Part shown: positions 61,601 through 64,000 of the stretch, one piece after another | Numbering within the stretch: position 1 is the stretch's first letter | How the letters are laid out: each line of letters opens with the position of its first letter | NCBI RefSeq assembly: GCF_000143415.4 | Contig: NW_003314306.1 | Span: 463,698-527,697 of the forward strand | Origin: Selaginella moellendorffii | Taxonomy: Eukaryota; Plantae; Lycopodiophyta | Length of the DNA: 64,000 nt | Reading direction: 5' to 3' | Notes under the pieces: generated by a model | What the model was told of the DNA's origin: nothing | Database searches by the model: none | What the model saw: only the letters and a program-made list of their open reading frames with translations | Position numbers and translations under genes: made by a program

Positions 61601-61959
61601 TGCCAATCTTCCAAAATTTTTGCATGTGTAGCAGTTGAAATGCTTCGTACAAAGGGATCAAAAACAATTGGCAGCACCTACAGATCCATCAATGCCTCCT
61701 CCTGATATTCCTCTAGATCCCACCCCATCTATGAGAGAACCTTGACAGTCTTCCATCATTTCAAGAAGAGGGGATGATGTGAGATCCAAGTGTACAAATA
61801 CGATACCGTATACTAATATTAGCATAGTGGGATTTTAGTAGCCATTAAATAAATTTTAATTTGGACCATTTAGTTCTATATATAAGTTAGGGTTTTTGGG
61901 TTTATAGTATATGGAAGTATTAGTTTGCAAGACCACACTCATGAACAAATTTTATCACA
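58700..61959 (+). mobile_element. Degenerate Ty3/gypsy retrotransposon (RT-RNaseH-IN, PPT, 3' LTR)
   Basis: CINYRLL..VT...YPLP..DLLD (RT); PIAYISRTL...YSMIKKECLTIVWGFEK (RNase H); H..H..C..C zinc finger and YHPQ (integrase). PPT AAGAAGAGGGGA precedes TGTGA...TCACA at 61779-61959. Confidence 0.88.
60505..60702 (-). mobile_element. Cassandra-type solo LTR inserted in the gypsy integrase zinc finger
   Basis: TG...CA ends, 5S-like TGGGTGACCTCCCGGGAAGTC on the minus strand, and a perfect TSD AGAAA. Confidence 0.88.
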
Positions 61960-64000
61960 TGAAAATCCCCTCCTTTCGGATTAATGGAAGACCATCAAGG
62001 TTCTTTTATAGATGAACTAAGATCTGGAGGAACGTCAGAAGGAGGCATTGGCAGATCCCTTTGTATGAAGCATTTCAACCGCTGCACATGCATAATTTCT
62101 AGAGGATCGGTTTGTTGGATGTTATGCCAAACCTCATAAACTTGTTGCAATACCCAATATGGTCCTTTTCACAAAGCAAAGAGCCCCTTAGATAAACTTA
62201 GTACTGTAAGATGGGGAAAACAAACTAACACTAAGTCATCCATTTTATACTTTATAGGTGGATAATGATAAGAGTTATAGCGCCATTGTTGTCCCATTTG
62301 TATGCAACTTGAGTGTTCAGTAGATTTTTCTCAGACAAGTGCAAGAATGCTCGTCAAATACTGATCTCATGACTTAGCATCAGCAGCTCGTGGTAATCGC
62401 GAAGGTAAACCTAACTCCATTGGTAATATTGGATTATGACCATATAGAAATTTATATGGTGAAACACCAATAGAACTCTACACCTCTATGACATATTTAT
62501 ACCAAAGAAATGGCAAATAACCATCCCAATCCGAATGCTAAAAGTTCATGTACTTCGTAATCATTCCTTTAAATGTCCAAACCACCCATTCCACCAAACC
62601 ATTTGACTGTGGATGATAAGCACTCGTGAAAGTGTGGCTTATCCTCAACTGAGACGTCAAAACGTGAAATGCCTTAACCATAAATGCGGGATCATTATCC
62701 GAAAAAATCTACTCTAGAAAAGAATGCTAGAACACCACTCGATTGAAGAAGAAGTATTCAGCAACATTTGCAAAGGCACTAGCAAAAGCACCAACTTCCA
62801 CCCAACGAGTCAAATGATCAGAAGCAATAATAACATATTCATTGCTAGCAACCGATTGTGGAGAAGGTCCCATAAGATCAAATGCCACCAACTTAAACAA
62901 ACAAGAAATTGCAATTCACTCCAACCGTCCTTTTGCGGCATGAGGGGGAGTATTACAAGCCTGGCACCAAATGCAGTTACACACATATTGGATAACATCA
63001 CGTCACATCTTTAACCAATAGAAAAACTTATGTAGCTTCTTGGTCACACAACGATGTTCCATATGCTCATCTAGAATAGAAGAATCATGGTAGGCATGGC
63101 GAAATTGTGGAATAAAAACGGAAGGAACCACCAGCTATAAAGGATTATCAGGAACTATCCTCACAAAATAAAGAAGGCCGTCTTCAAGGTGATATTGAGA
63201 ATGTAAATGCCAGAATGGCAAGTCATCAGTAAGTGATGCAAAATTCTCAAACTCATCTTGAAGCCTTTGAATCCACAACTTAATATTTTGAGCCTCATGA
63301 ACCTTATCAAAAGAAGATAAATCTTGCTTTGCACCTTGTGGACACTGAACGTCAAGTACAACAATTGCCGACAGCATAGAATCCTCATCGAGAAAATCTA
63401 TGGTAGAATAACAGACTCATCAAAAATATGAGAAGAGAGTGAAGAAGGAAGAGGAGTTTGAGAAAGGGCATTATCATCAGCCATAGAATTCCTCGGGGGA
63501 TGAACAATATCAAAATCATATATCTAAAGCTTCAAAGCTTACCAAGCAATACAACTGTAAGCTCCTAAATTTGGACTTCCTGATAAGTCACCCAACCTAG
63601 TATTATTCAAACCTAAGGATGTTTAACCTTAACTATCCCAAGACCTTTAACCAATTGGAAAAGGTAATGCACTTTTGTTCATGGGCCCTTTCTTTTTATA
63701 TTTGAACCCCATAGATCATCTCTCAAATCATTTTTTTTGGTTGTTTACAATGACCAACCAGGTTCTTCCGCTTTAATAATGAAGTAACAACAACATAATC
63801 ACCCTTTAGTAACGTCCGAGAACTATGTAGATATGCATGAAGTTTCTTAAAACCCTAGACTACTGTTAAACACTCCTTTGTCGTGGAGTAGTTCATCTCT
63901 CGTAGTTGTAATATATAGCTTATATACACAATGGGATGGTGCTAACTAGGCACACTTGGGCTCTCTTGTATGCACACACCTCCAAGACTATATCAAAAGC
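61960..64000 (-). mobile_element. Degenerate Ty3/gypsy retrotransposon, inverted paralog (RNaseH-IN-PPT); runs off the window
   Basis: Minus strand reads HPIVYISY...NYSTTKECLTVV, HDSSILDEH...CIWCQAC, AYHPQSNGLVE, then PPT AAAGGAGGGGA. Homologous to 59.7-61.8 kb. Confidence 0.88.
63556..63749 (-). mobile_element. Cassandra-type solo LTR inserted in gypsy RNase H-IN linker
   Basis: TG...CA ends and a 5S-like core. Flanks ACAAC/ATGAC are a degenerate TSD. Confidence 0.85.

Overview
Eukaryotic land-plant nuclear DNA. Very short GT-AG introns (~45-70 nt), tiny intergenic gaps, a PLS-PPR gene and telobox promoters suggest the lycophyte Selaginella (inference). Positions 1-46.5 kb are extremely gene-dense. 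In order they hold a prokaryote-type aldo-keto reductase, a CYP704-like P450, a PLS-E PPR, aconitase, two giant acidic repeat proteins (~2,350 aa each), three tandem NFD6/NOXY2-like genes (a fourth lies further on), a DOG1-domain gene, a GIL1/IRKI-like gene, an apparent trihelix-AAA-ATPase fusion with one frameshift, TAF13, a small conserved plant protein and a BPM (MATH-BTB) gene. At ~46.55 kb the sequence switches abruptly to AT-rich, CpG-depleted nested retrotransposon debris. This contains Ty3/gypsy remnants, a copia fragment and Cassandra-type TRIMs/solo LTRs carrying 5S-rRNA promoter sequence. One intact, intronless, very AT-rich secreted GNA-lectin ORF sits within the debris. All gene models were spliced by hand and no database searches were run.
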